64,000 nucleotides of DNA from Longimicrobiales bacterium. GTDB lineage: Bacteria; Gemmatimonadota; Gemmatimonadetes; Longimicrobiales; Gaopeijiaceae. Below the pieces are notes generated by a model. That model was not told where the DNA came from. It did no database searches and was given only the letters and a program-made list of their open reading frames with translations. The stretch is taken from positions 32,001 to 96,000 of the forward strand of contig CBDCNQ010000003.1 of assembly GCA_965219445.1 (NCBI GenBank), written 5' to 3'. The translations under genes and the position numbers were made by a program. This document shows, one piece after another, positions 1 through 8,868 of the stretch (position 1 is its first letter; each line of letters opens with the position of its first letter).

Positions 1-217
1 CGCGCCGCCTTCGGGTGGCGTTTGTATGTTCATCCATTCGGAACTGGGGAGTCATCGATGTTCAGGACCGATGCGCAGCAGGCCCGCGGATGGACGATGG
101 CGGACACGTGGTCTAGCTCGCGAGGGTGGGCCGTCGAGGGGCGCCTCTAGAAAGCCCGGAGTGCGCATCCCTCGCCGAGCCGCCCGTCGCCGAAAGGCCG
201 GGCGGATTTTTTTTTCG

Positions 218-290
218 GGCCAGGTAGCTCAGTTGGTAGAGCACGCGACTGAAAATCGTGGTGTCGGTGGTTCGATTCCGCCCCTGGCCA
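218..290 (+). tRNA. tRNA-Phe(GAA)
   Basis: Acceptor GGCCAGG/CCTGGCC, anticodon arm CGCGA-CTGAAAA-TCGTG, T-loop GTTCGATTC. Confidence 0.95.
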
Positions 291-343
291 CTGCAGGATT
301 AGCGTGGTGTACACCGAATGGATGGCAACCGCTTGGATGTCAG

Positions 344-416
344 AGGTCCGTAGCTCAACTGGTAGAGCACCGGTCTCCAAAACCGGGGGTTGGGGGTTCG
401 AGTCCCTCCGGGCCTG
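344..416 (+). tRNA. tRNA-Trp(CCA)
   Basis: Acceptor AGGTCCG/CGGGCCT, anticodon arm CCGGT-CTCCAAA-ACCGG, GTTCGAGTC. Confidence 0.95.
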
Positions 417-438
417 TTTGAAAGCTGGTAGAGGAGTT

Positions 439-510
439 GCCCTCATCGTCTAACGGTTAGGACACCACTCTTTCAAGGTGGAGACCGGGGTTCGATTCCC
501 CGTGAGGGTA
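439..510 (+). tRNA. tRNA-Glu(TTC)
   Basis: Acceptor GCCCTCA/TGAGGGT, anticodon arm CCACT-CTTTCAA-GGTGG. Confidence 0.93.
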
Positions 511-562
511 TGGGGGGACCCGGTGCGTATTCGGGGATGTGCTGTTCAGTGATGCGTGAGTA

Positions 563-637
563 GGGGCTGTAGCTCAGTTTGGTTAGAGTGCCGGTCTGTC
601 ACACCGGAGGTCGCGGGTTCAAGTCCCGTCAGCCCCG
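563..637 (+). tRNA. tRNA-Asp(GTC)
   Basis: Acceptor GGGGCTG/CAGCCCC, anticodon arm CCGGT-CTGTCAC-ACCGG. Confidence 0.95.
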
Positions 638-676
638 TTGGAGACGCTGTTTGACAGAGATCAGGTTGATTGTGTT

Positions 677-749
<73 letters not shown>

Positions 750-793
750 CTGGTGCAAGCGTACTTGGGTTCGGGTGCACTAGGCACGAACTC

Positions 794-878
794 GCTCGGG
801 TGGCGGAATTGGTAGACGCGCAGGGTTCAGGACCCTGTGGGGGTTAACCTCGTGAGGGTTCGAGTCCCTCCCCGAGCA
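794..878 (+). tRNA. tRNA-Leu(CAG)
   Basis: Acceptor GCTCGGG/CCCGAGC, CAGGG-TTCAGGA-CCCTG, long variable arm. Confidence 0.95.
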
Positions 879-910
879 TGGGTCCGTGAGTGGAATTTGT
901 AAGACGCGTT

Positions 911-994
911 GCCCACGTGCTGGAATTGGTAGACAGGCTAGTTTGAGGGACTAGTGTCGGAAACGGCGTACAGGTTCGAGTCCTGTCGTGGGCA
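911..994 (+). tRNA. tRNA-Leu(GAG)
   Basis: Acceptor GCCCACG/CGTGGGC, CTAGT-TTGAGGG-ACTAG, long variable arm. Confidence 0.93.
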
Positions 995-1124
995 CTTTTC
1001 GCGGGCGCTTTTGGCGTAGGGCGGTGTCGGGACTGCGGACGGCCCTCACTGCGACGTACGAATGTACGCCTCATTCGGACCGCCTTGCCCTCCTACCCCT
1101 ACACCAAAATCACCTCGCGAAAAG
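995..1124. repeat. MITE/REP-like imperfect inverted-repeat element inside the tRNA array
   Basis: Nested inverted arms CTTTTCGCG/CGCGAAAAG and TTTTGGCGTAGGG/CCCTACACCAAAA around the core CACTGCGACGTACGAATGTACGCCTCATTC. Confidence 0.55.
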
Positions 1125-1161
1125 CATGGATCTTCGAGAGCATTGGCATTGTGGTTTGTTT

Positions 1162-1236
1162 GCGCCCGTAGCTCAGTTGGATTAGAGCGCCTGACTACGG
1201 ATCAGGAGGCCGGGGGTTCGAGTCCTCCCGGGCGCG
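1162..1236 (+). tRNA. tRNA-Arg(ACG)
   Basis: Acceptor GCGCCCG/CGGGCGC, CCTGA-CTACGGA-TCAGG. Confidence 0.95.
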
Positions 1237-1260
1237 TTTTTTTGGGCAGGTGAGAGGATG

Positions 1261-1334
1261 GGGCGCGTAGCTCAGTTGGTTAGAGCGCTACGTTGACATC
1301 GTAGAGGTCAGAGGTTCGAGTCCTCTCGCGCCCA
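1261..1334 (+). tRNA. tRNA-Val(GAC)
   Basis: Acceptor GGGCGCG/CGCGCCC, CTACG-TTGACAT-CGTAG. Confidence 0.95.
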
Positions 1335-1340
1335 TTTACG

Positions 1341-1413
1341 GGGGCCGTAGCTCAGTTGGGAGAGCGCAGCGTTCGCAATGCTGAGGTCAGGGGTTCGATT
1401 CCCCTCGGCTCCA
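1341..1413 (+). tRNA. tRNA-Ala(CGC)
   Basis: Acceptor GGGGCCG/CGGCTCC, CAGCG-TTCGCAA-TGCTG. Confidence 0.95.
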
Positions 1414-1419
1414 CTGTTG

Positions 1420-1492
1420 GCCACCTTAGCTCAGCTGGTAGAGCACGTCACTCGTAATGACGGGGTCGTCGGTTCAAGTCCGACAGGTGGCT
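1420..1492 (+). tRNA. tRNA-Thr(CGT)
   Basis: Acceptor GCCACCT/AGGTGGC, CGTCA-CTCGTAA-TGACG. Confidence 0.95.
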
Positions 1493-1507
1493 CTGTTGTT
1501 GTTTTTT

Positions 1508-1580
1508 TGCCCCGTGGTGTAATTGGCAACACGCCTGGTTCTGGCCCAGGAGAGTCTAGGTTCGAGCCCTAGCGGGGCAA
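1508..1580 (+). tRNA. tRNA-Gln(CTG)
   Basis: Acceptor TGCCCCG/CGGGGCA, CCTGG-TTCTGGC-CCAGG. Confidence 0.93.
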
Positions 1581-1594
1581 CTGTTGTGATCATG

Positions 1595-1678
1595 GGAGGG
1601 ATGGCCGAGTGGCTTAAGGCGACGCCCTGCTAAGGCGTTGGACGCAAGTCCGCGTGGGTTCGAATCCCACTCCCTCCG
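1595..1678 (+). tRNA. tRNA-Ser(GCT)
   Basis: Acceptor GGAGGGA/TCCCTCC, ACGCC-CTGCTAA-GGCGT, long variable arm. Confidence 0.95.
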
Positions 1679-1738
1679 TATTTTTGCCAGATCGCGAAGG
1701 GTGACGTGGGGTTTCAGTCCCCCGTTTGGTCTGAAATT

Positions 1739-1822
1739 GGATGGGTGGCCGAGCGGCTTAAGGCGCACGATTGGAAATCGTGTGGGTTAATACCCTCGTG
1801 GGTTCGAATCCCACCCCATCCG
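1739..1822 (+). tRNA. tRNA-Ser(GGA)
   Basis: Acceptor GGATGGG/CCCATCC, CACGA-TTGGAAA-TCGTG, long variable arm. Confidence 0.95.
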
Positions 1823-1888
1823 TTGGAGTATGATCGCGCCCCACGCGTTCCCGCGGGAACGTGTTTTTGGGCGGTGATGAGCGAATTT

Positions 1889-1962
1889 CGGGGCGTGGCT
1901 CAGTCCGGTAGAGCGCTGCGTTCGGGACGCAGAGGTCCCCGGTTCAAATCCGGGCGCCCCGA
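1889..1962 (+). tRNA. tRNA-Pro(CGG)
   Basis: Acceptor CGGGGCG/CGCCCCG, CTGCG-TTCGGGA-CGCAG. Confidence 0.95.
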
Positions 1963-2214
1963 CTTGAAATCGAAGAACTAACGGCTCTGAGCCCGGATTT
2001 GCGGGCTCGCGTTGGCGAGCACGCGGCGGCCGACGCAGGCGGACGCCAGAACCGTAGGTTCAGCCGAGGCGCGAAACTGTGGTCCGCTTTGCGGTCTAGC
2101 AGTCGACCGCCGAGACGAGCGAGGATCGCCGAAGGCGACCGCAGCTCACATCCGGGCGCGGCCGGAAATTCCCAGCCGATCCCGCCTGTGTTCGAAACAC
2201 AAGTTCGACGCCTT

Positions 2215-2297
2215 GGAGCCGTCGCATAATTGGTATTGCACCGGTCTCGAAAACCGGCGTCCTAACGGACTTGTGGGTTCGAGTCCCACCGGCTCCG
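2215..2297 (+). tRNA. tRNA-Ser(CGA); probable attL of an integrated island
   Basis: Acceptor GGAGCCG/CGGCTCC, D-arm GCATAATTGGTATTGC, CCGGT-CTCGAAA-ACCGG, variable arm, GTTCGAGTC. Confidence 0.9.
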
Positions 2298-2300
2298 CTG

Positions 2301-2333
2301 GGCCCTCCAGGTCTTTGACCTGGGGGGCTTTTT
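2301..2333 (+). terminator. Intrinsic terminator after tRNA-Ser(CGA)
   Basis: GGCCCTCCAGGTC-TTT-GACCTGGGGGGCT followed by a T-run. Confidence 0.8.
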
Positions 2334-2724
2334 CGAGCCACGGAGGCGTGTCCGGAGCTGGCATCGAGAGGGGGGTGTTGGGCGCTCGCAGAGACCCCTT
2401 GTTGACGGGTCTGCACCGCCCCCCCACGTTATCCCGATCCGGCGATGGGCCTTTCCTTTTCCTATCCCTGCTGGCAGTTTGTGGTGAAAGTCCAGCGTCG
2501 CACCGAGACCGATGATGCGCCCGTTTGGCAAGGCGAGGCGAGGGAGCAGACCGGCAGTATTCGACCGAGGAGCAACGCAGCCAGGCGAGATGCGGCGCCG
2601 GTCGAATGCAGCTGGACCTTCACCGCGGGCTGCTAGGGGCCGGAACACAGATTCCGGTTCGCAACACTCGATCCTGCGCCGGCGACCGCACATGGCGTAG
2701 GCATGACTCTTCCGGAGGAGGCTA

Positions 2725-3849
2725 ATGTTGTCGCATTTCATCCGACGCGGACATCGTGCACGGCGAGCGGGGTCGTGGAGAACCTTGTCCCGCTACTGCG
2801 CGCTCGGCGGTGTCGTGTTCGTCTGTGTGCTCGTCGGTTCGTTCTCGCTCGTAGCCCAGCAGTCACGAACCGTCGACGACGGCGTGTATACGGCCGAGCA
2901 GGCACAGCGCGGCCAGGCACTGTATACGGAGCAGTGCGCGGTGTGTCATGCCGAGTCGCTCGGCGGAGGCCTCGGACCACCGTTGTCGGGAGACACCTTC
3001 GTCGGGGTCTGGAGCAGACTGCCCTTGTCGGAGCTCGTCAGCAAGATTCACAACACGATGCCAGAAAACGAGCCCGGGCGGATGACGCGGCAGGAGGCGG
3101 CGACCCTCGTGTCCTATATGCTCCAGGTCAACGGGTTCCCAGCCGGCACGGCCGGGCTCGGTACTGACGAGGCCGAGTTGAGCCAGATCACCTGGCCAGC
3201 GGTGGCGCTGGCCCAGTCAGTGCCGGTCGGGATCCTGCCCGCAGGCTCAGCCAACACGGCGCAGTCGCTCGCGGCCCTGGCCGCCCAGGCAGCAGCGCTG
3301 GCGGCCCAGGCAGCGGCGCTGGCCGCCCAATCGGCTCCAGCGGGGCAGGCGTCACTGGGGGTGCCGTCCGCGCCGCCGTTTGGCAATCTTGCCCAGGTGA
3401 TGCGCGGCATCATGTTCCCGAGTTCGAATTTATTGTTTAACGTCCAGGGCTACGATCCCGGTGCCGACAGGACGGCATACGACGCGACTGCGCGCGATAA
3501 TTTCTCGTGGGTCGACTGGGGAGCGGGCATCTATTCGGGATGGCAGATGGTCGATTACGCCGCTATAGCGCTGGCTGACGCCGCACCCCTGTTCCTGACG
3601 CCCGGACGTCGGTGTGAGAACGGCCGGCCCGTGCCCGTAGAGCGAGCCGATTGGATACAGTACACAGAGGAGCTCGTGGAAGCGGGAAGGGCCGCCTACC
3701 GCGCATCGCAGACCAGGGATCAGAAGGCCGTAAGCGAGGTCACCAATGTGATCGCGGAGGCGTGCTACAACTGCCACGAGGTCTATCGCGACAAGCCTGG
3801 CGGGACCCCTGAGGATCCATCCAATAAGGCGGCCCGATGCGTCCCGTGA
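2725..3849 (+). CDS. Secreted di-haem c-type cytochrome
   Basis: Signal-like N-terminus, CAVCH in a 'GVYTAEQAQRG' class I domain, C-terminal CYNCH, (AALAAQA)x3 linker. Confidence 0.8.
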   Translation: MLSHFIRRGHRARRAGSWRTLSRYCALGGVVFVCVLVGSFSLVAQQSRTVDDGVYTAEQAQRGQALYTEQCAVCHAESLGGGLGPPLSGDTFVGVWSRLPLSELVSKIHNTMPENEPGRMTRQEAATLVSYMLQVNGFPAGTAGLGTDEAELSQITWPAVALAQSVPVGILPAGSANTAQSLAALAAQAAALAAQAAALAAQSAPAGQASLGVPSAPPFGNLAQVMRGIMFPSSNLLFNVQGYDPGADRTAYDATARDNFSWVDWGAGIYSGWQMVDYAAIALADAAPLFLTPGRRCENGRPVPVERADWIQYTEELVEAGRAAYRASQTRDQKAVSEVTNVIAEACYNCHEVYRDKPGGTPEDPSNKAARCVP

Positions 3850-4056
3850 TCGCGCGGTGGTTCGGGGCTTTGGGCCCTACTCCACCATCACGCGCCTGAC
3901 CGTGTCAGACCAGACCGAGAAGACGGCCACCTCCGAACGATGGGGGAGGCCGTCTCGCTTGACCCGGTCCTTCTCAATGGTGTTAGGAAGCCAGCAACCC
4001 CAGACTGTAGCCCATCTGGGGTGAGTATCTGTTATTCATCGGCGCGTGCGCTCATT

Positions 4057-4683
4057 CTAGTAGCACAGGTTCACGATCTCTCGCTCATGCAACGGCCTCT
4101 GCAGCTCGGAGTGCATGAAGTGGGCAACGTCCTCTCGTGAGATGTGACCAAGCGTTACCCCCGCCAGTTGTGTGAGCACACGGTATTCACCGGTCCGAGC
4201 GCCGTTGGTGAGTACCCCAGGGCGTATGATCGTCCAGTTCGCTTCACTCGCTCTGAGCAGACGCTCTTGTCGATCCTTGTCTTCGTACATCCGCTTGAGC
4301 ACCAAAGGAAGGATGATTCTGTCGTAGAAAAACCCACCATGCCCTCGGCTGTCTCCGGCACCCACTCCAGTGATTGCCAACAAACGAGTGTCTCGCCCTT
4401 TCACCGCTTCGAGCAGGTGTGCTATCGACTCCGAGAAGAGTGTCACGATCCCTCTACTCAGGCGAACGCCCAGGCATGAACAGACTGCATCTTGATTCTC
4501 TGCCAGGTTTCTCACAGCGGCTGGATCACGAGCGTCTCCCTCCTCCACAGTCAGGGCGTCTGACACCATGCCCATGCGAGCAGGGTCTCTGGCAAGTACG
4601 GTGACCAGGTGCCCGGACTCGGTGAGGTGGCCCACAAGAGCCCTACCGACTCCGCGGGTGCCTCCCAGCACGCCGACTCTCAG
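4057..4683 (-). CDS. NAD(P)-binding oxidoreductase (flavin reductase/NmrA-like atypical SDR)
   Basis: GGTRGVG Rossmann motif, WTIIRPG; RBS GGAGG precedes a CTG codon at 4683. Confidence 0.8.
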   Translation of the reverse strand: MRVGVLGGTRGVGRALVGHLTESGHLVTVLARDPARMGMVSDALTVEEGDARDPAAVRNLAENQDAVCSCLGVRLSRGIVTLFSESIAHLLEAVKGRDTRLLAITGVGAGDSRGHGGFFYDRIILPLVLKRMYEDKDRQERLLRASEANWTIIRPGVLTNGARTGEYRVLTQLAGVTLGHISREDVAHFMHSELQRPLHEREIVNLCY

Positions 4684-5077
4684 GGTGAGCCTCCTCCCGC
4701 CTCGATGGGCGTCTAACGTCTCGTGCTTCTGCTTCGCGGCCAAGATGCCCTCCGCAAGCGTAGCGCGCGAGCGGACACCCTCCGCTACGGTCGACGATCC
4801 TCCGATGTGGACGAGACCCTGGACCGCCATCGTTCCCATGAAGAGGTCTCAGCTTCACCTGTATGAGTACGCGCGCCACGAGGGCAATCACAGCTTGGGG
4901 AACTCACTCAGAGCCTCGGGGCCCTCATACCGTGATTCGGCTGCGCCTGGCCCCGGCCCCCGGGGCGCGCGCCTCAAGCGGAACGGCGTTCAGCCGGTGG
5001 TCCAACCTTGGACTCGTCGGCGACGCACAGCAACTCGACCAGCGGATTGGTCAGCAGCGTGGGATGGTCTAGCGAAT

Positions 5078-6247
5078 CTAGAACCGTCTGCCGCCTCCCG
5101 CAGAGCCACCACCAGTGGCGTTGTCCTGGGTGGCTGGATCGGGACCGCGGCCTTCGGCGAATGCCCTCTCCGCCGCTCGCGTGCTCGCGAGCGAACCGGG
5201 GACCCCGTAATTACCCTCATGACAGCCTCCCTCAAACACTCCAGTCGTCTCGTCACTGTTGTTCGTCAGCTCTAGTAGGATGGTCCAGGGTCGCGTCCAC
5301 GTCGTGGGATCTTCAATCGTAATTTCGACCGAGAGCGTATTATCATCGAGACGTCGATAGCGTTCGATGAGATGCAAGTTCTCCCGGGATCCTTGGAAGT
5401 TTGTCTTCTCGGTGAAATTAGTGATCTCGACGACCAGCATATCGCCCTCCCATCGGCCACGCGCGTCGCCGTGGTGCAGCCGAATGTGCTCTGGCAATGG
5501 CGGACGATCCGTGGTAGGAATGCTCCGACTGAATCCCATTCCCTGGTCGATGTCATAGTAAATCCCGACGGCCCCAGGAGACTGCACGACCCGCATCATC
5601 CCGCCCAACGATCCGGACTGGAGCACGACTGGAAGGTTGTACCCGAAACAGCGCGCCCTACCGCTTTGGTCTTCCGGGCCGTCGTGGCGGTTCAAGCGAT
5701 CCAAGTTGTAGTCGGGAGAAGGCTCCGCTCTCCTCGGTGACACAGGTCCCGGCCTCCCCCCCGAGGTGCCTTGCAGAAGGGCATCCAGAAACTCTCGTTT
5801 GGTGGCTCTCCTCTGCTCGGCCTCTAGCGTCAAAGGAGGAATCCTCCCGTCCGGAGGATCGATTACCTGCGATGTCCGCCTGCCCCGAACTGAGCTTGGG
5901 TCGCCGCGCCAGTGCTGGTTGTAAGCCCGGGCGACGTCCACTTCGGTCCCCGCCTGGTCGCGGCTGTCACGACCGAGACCCTGAGATATGTCGATGAATT
6001 CTCGTTCGGCTGCCGCGATTTCCTCTTCGGTCAGAAACTCCCTCGTGCCATACTCTTCGGCGCGCTGCAGGGGCACCAAGGCCGGATGGCTCCAGATCCC
6101 CTGGAGGTCCGGCTCACCCCACGGCGTTCGGAGCGAGCCCGCCGGTTGCGCCTGCTGAGACGTCACCGACTCGGGCCCTAGCGACGCGAACATGATCACG
6201 AGCGCCAGCGTGCCCACTAACGCAAACCCCTGACTCAACTTTGTCAT
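5078..6247 (-). CDS. Secreted hypothetical protein (PDLQGIW...CHEGNY family)
   Basis: 389 aa ORF, signal peptide, motifs shared with 6678-7655 and 44348-45388. Confidence 0.8.
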   Translation of the reverse strand: MTKLSQGFALVGTLALVIMFASLGPESVTSQQAQPAGSLRTPWGEPDLQGIWSHPALVPLQRAEEYGTREFLTEEEIAAAEREFIDISQGLGRDSRDQAGTEVDVARAYNQHWRGDPSSVRGRRTSQVIDPPDGRIPPLTLEAEQRRATKREFLDALLQGTSGGRPGPVSPRRAEPSPDYNLDRLNRHDGPEDQSGRARCFGYNLPVVLQSGSLGGMMRVVQSPGAVGIYYDIDQGMGFSRSIPTTDRPPLPEHIRLHHGDARGRWEGDMLVVEITNFTEKTNFQGSRENLHLIERYRRLDDNTLSVEITIEDPTTWTRPWTILLELTNNSDETTGVFEGGCHEGNYGVPGSLASTRAAERAFAEGRGPDPATQDNATGGGSAGGGRRF

Positions 6248-6666
6248 CTGCTGGGGGCACCGGTGCCGGACGAACCGAGGAACAATATGCGTCCATCAGG
6301 CAGCGTGAGATCCCTCCCGTTTGCTCTACGCGACCCGTCCTTAGACCGATAACCATCAACGACGATCTGCGTTCCTATTGGCAGTGACGTTCTCGTGAGG
6401 CCTCGTCTAAACAGCGCGTTCGGCGTCCCCGCTTCGATCGCCCACTCCTCGACTGCGCCGTTCGGCAGCGGCACCTCCACGTGGATCCATGCGTGAGGAT
6501 TGACCCACTCCACGCGAAAGACGGTCGCCTGCTCGAACCTCACGGGACTGTCGGCATCAAATTCCGCGGCAAACGCATGATGCGCCCGCGCCGGCACCGT
6601 GGCGTGAGCCAGCAGTGTAACGATACCGACACCCACGGGGATTGCATGGATTAATTTTACGCGCAT
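6244..6666 (-). CDS. DUF6152-like secreted protein
   Basis: Signal peptide followed by AHHAFAAEFD and WVNPHAWIHV; stop overlaps the next start (ATGA). Confidence 0.75.
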   Translation of the reverse strand: MRVKLIHAIPVGVGIVTLLAHATVPARAHHAFAAEFDADSPVRFEQATVFRVEWVNPHAWIHVEVPLPNGAVEEWAIEAGTPNALFRRGLTRTSLPIGTQIVVDGYRSKDGSRRANGRDLTLPDGRILFLGSSGTGAPSR

Positions 6667-6677
6667 CGGATTGCCTC

Positions 6678-7655
6678 CTATGGTTGCCTGGGCGGGTTTC
6701 CGGACCAGTGACGTTGGTACAACACTTGCTCATCCTGTGGGATGTTGCGCGTGATATCGACGGTCATAGTCTGGCCCTCCCACCGTTTGACCAACTGTTC
6801 CTTGCGAAGATGGCCCAGCAGCGTCTCTTCAACCATCTCCACGCATCGGAACTCCAGCAGTCGAGCATTCTCCTCCAGACGACGGTAGAGCGGCATGCTG
6901 ATCGTCCACGGCCGGGTGAACACTTTGGGATCCTCGATGGTGGCTTCGTAGCGGATGGCGTCGGGCCCGATTAGGGTGTATCGCTCGACCACATGCAAGG
7001 CATCGCTGTGGAAATTGCCGGCCCGGTCGAGCCACGTGTTCGACGTGAACGTCGACACGTCGACGACCAAGCTCTCCCCCTCCCATCGGCCGACCGAGTG
7101 TCCCATGAACGCTTCACCGGGATACTCCGGGACTTCATCCAAGTGAATGAAGCGTTCGGCACCTCTAAACTCGAAGAGCATCATGACCCGGTTAGGGCTC
7201 TGAATGATTTGAAACGGATAGGGGAGATACATGGCCCGAGGCACACCAGGCATAAAACACTTCAGCTCCGGGTCGCGGTCCAGCCAGTGCTCGGCGTTTT
7301 CTCTCTGTCTCGCTGCCGCCCATGGCTGGTACGGAATCTCATCACCCTCCACTACCCCGAGCCCCGGGGGGACCCAGCCCGCCGAACCCAGAGCCACCAC
7401 CGGTGCTGCGAGCACGGGGTAATCACTGTGCACTCCTGGGTGCGCCACCATCGGACGCGCTAGATGAGTTTGCAGGTCCCAGTTCGCCGTGTTGTTCGCC
7501 TGCCAAATTCCGCTGAAGTCGGGCTTCCCGTCCGCCGTACGTGGAATCTGAGACGCCGGAGCCTGCTCTGAAGTCAGCCCACAGGCCACCCAGATCAGGG
7601 GCATGAGGGTGATCGTCGCAATCGCTACCATCGAGTTTCTCAACAGGTGCTGCAT
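6678..7655 (-). CDS. Secreted/lipoprotein hypothetical protein (PDFSGIW family)
   Basis: DGKPDFSGIW, KCFMPGVPR, GHSVGRWEG, EFRC motifs. Confidence 0.8.
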   Translation of the reverse strand: MQHLLRNSMVAIATITLMPLIWVACGLTSEQAPASQIPRTADGKPDFSGIWQANNTANWDLQTHLARPMVAHPGVHSDYPVLAAPVVALGSAGWVPPGLGVVEGDEIPYQPWAAARQRENAEHWLDRDPELKCFMPGVPRAMYLPYPFQIIQSPNRVMMLFEFRGAERFIHLDEVPEYPGEAFMGHSVGRWEGESLVVDVSTFTSNTWLDRAGNFHSDALHVVERYTLIGPDAIRYEATIEDPKVFTRPWTISMPLYRRLEENARLLEFRCVEMVEETLLGHLRKEQLVKRWEGQTMTVDITRNIPQDEQVLYQRHWSGNPPRQP

Positions 7656-7819
7656 GCGATAGAGTCCTCTCTCAAACCGTCAAATGCCCGGCCCGCAGGC
7701 GCTTGACACAGCCGACGACACTCAGTTCCTCTCGGCGTACGAAATAGCTTCGACCACCTCAGAAGTCAACGACTCGGCAGAGGGAAAAGAAGAACTGGTG
7801 GCACCTACAAAGGACGGAG

Positions 7820-7872
7820 AACTGTTACCCAGGTCTCTTGACTTAACTGTCACCCAGGTCCTTTACCGCTCA
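7820..7872. mobile_element. Relic IS481-like terminal end
   Basis: Tandem AACTGT(T/C)ACCCAGGTC copies 25 bp apart ending ...ACCGCTCA, resembling IS481-family ends; no transposase present. Confidence 0.5.
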
Positions 7873-7881
7873 TCGGGTAGC

Positions 7882-8868
7882 TCAGCGGCCCGGATGGGCT
7901 TGAAACCACGCAATCGCCGCCGACGCAATGCCTTCATGCTCTCCGTCGAAGATCGTAACGCGAGCCCTCCCGGCGTGACGTCGTAGGAAGATCGGCCTAC
8001 CAAACGATGGGTCCTCCACCTCATCCTCTTCGGTTGGGCTCTCCAGGCGAGGATCGTGGCGCGTGAGCTCGGCGATCTCTTGCGCCGTGACTTGTGGCTC
8101 GCCCAGCGCCTCAGCGATGACGTTGAAGGCTGCAAGACTGTGCCAAATTGGAATGGGTTCGCCGTCGTGTCCGTCGAAGCGCCCAGCAGCGACGTCGAGA
8201 GGCACGTCGGTGGCGTTGGCGAGCTGATGAAGAGGGGAGCGCCGCTCCATCTCGGCAGAGATCGAGGCGTCCTCGGAGGGGTCACCTCCGAAGCACTGTT
8301 GCGTCATCTCTCCGTAGCGATCACCCGCGTGGAAATCGTACCACGCCCGTAAGTCGCTCAGGGGAACCCACGCGCTTGCGGCCGTCCATCGAGCCGGGTA
8401 ACTGGCAACCATGGCCAAGGTCATGAAGCCACCACCGGATATCCCGGTCACATAAACGCGACGTTCGTCGATTCGATAGCGCTCGACAACCCAGTCGAGT
8501 GCGTCAATTACATCCTGTCGGGCGATATCCGACGCACAGGCTTCGACGTTGTCGTTGCGCCCACGGAAGTCCGGAAAGAGGTAGATCCAGCCTCGATCCG
8601 CGACCATCTCTTCTAGATCTTGGCGCCGTTGCTCGAGGCCGGCGCTCCACGAGTGGAGCGAGACCACGATGGGCCGCTCCGAAGCCCCAGTCTCGAAATC
8701 CGGTGGCAGGATCAGGTAGGACGGCTGGCGGCTTCCGTCGACACTGCTTTCCACCTCAACGCGGTGCCGGCCCGGCTCAGCAGGGACCTGGCCTGAGAGT
8801 GGCTGCACCGAGGCAGAGAGGCTGACAACCAGCAACGTCACCAACCCAATCCTGGAAACCGCTTTCAT
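7882..8868 (-). CDS. Secreted S9-type peptidase / alpha-beta hydrolase
   Basis: SLHSWS, nucleophile elbow GISGGG, C-terminal FDGEHE. Confidence 0.85.
   Translation of the reverse strand: MKAVSRIGLVTLLVVSLSASVQPLSGQVPAEPGRHRVEVESSVDGSRQPSYLILPPDFETGASERPIVVSLHSWSAGLEQRRQDLEEMVADRGWIYLFPDFRGRNDNVEACASDIARQDVIDALDWVVERYRIDERRVYVTGISGGGFMTLAMVASYPARWTAASAWVPLSDLRAWYDFHAGDRYGEMTQQCFGGDPSEDASISAEMERRSPLHQLANATDVPLDVAAGRFDGHDGEPIPIWHSLAAFNVIAEALGEPQVTAQEIAELTRHDPRLESPTEEDEVEDPSFGRPIFLRRHAGRARVTIFDGEHEGIASAAIAWFQAHPGR

Noticed and set aside
121..136. T-box-like GAGGGTGGGCCG upstream of the terminator-like hairpin
   Set aside because: It lacks the UGGNACC core and no specifier stem was recognisable
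2335..2438. Possible group II intron domain V/VI remnant after the first terminator (ends TATCCCGAT like the intron)
   Set aside because: Only a 9-mer matches and the domain V-like stem is poor; chance or promoter sequence is equally likely
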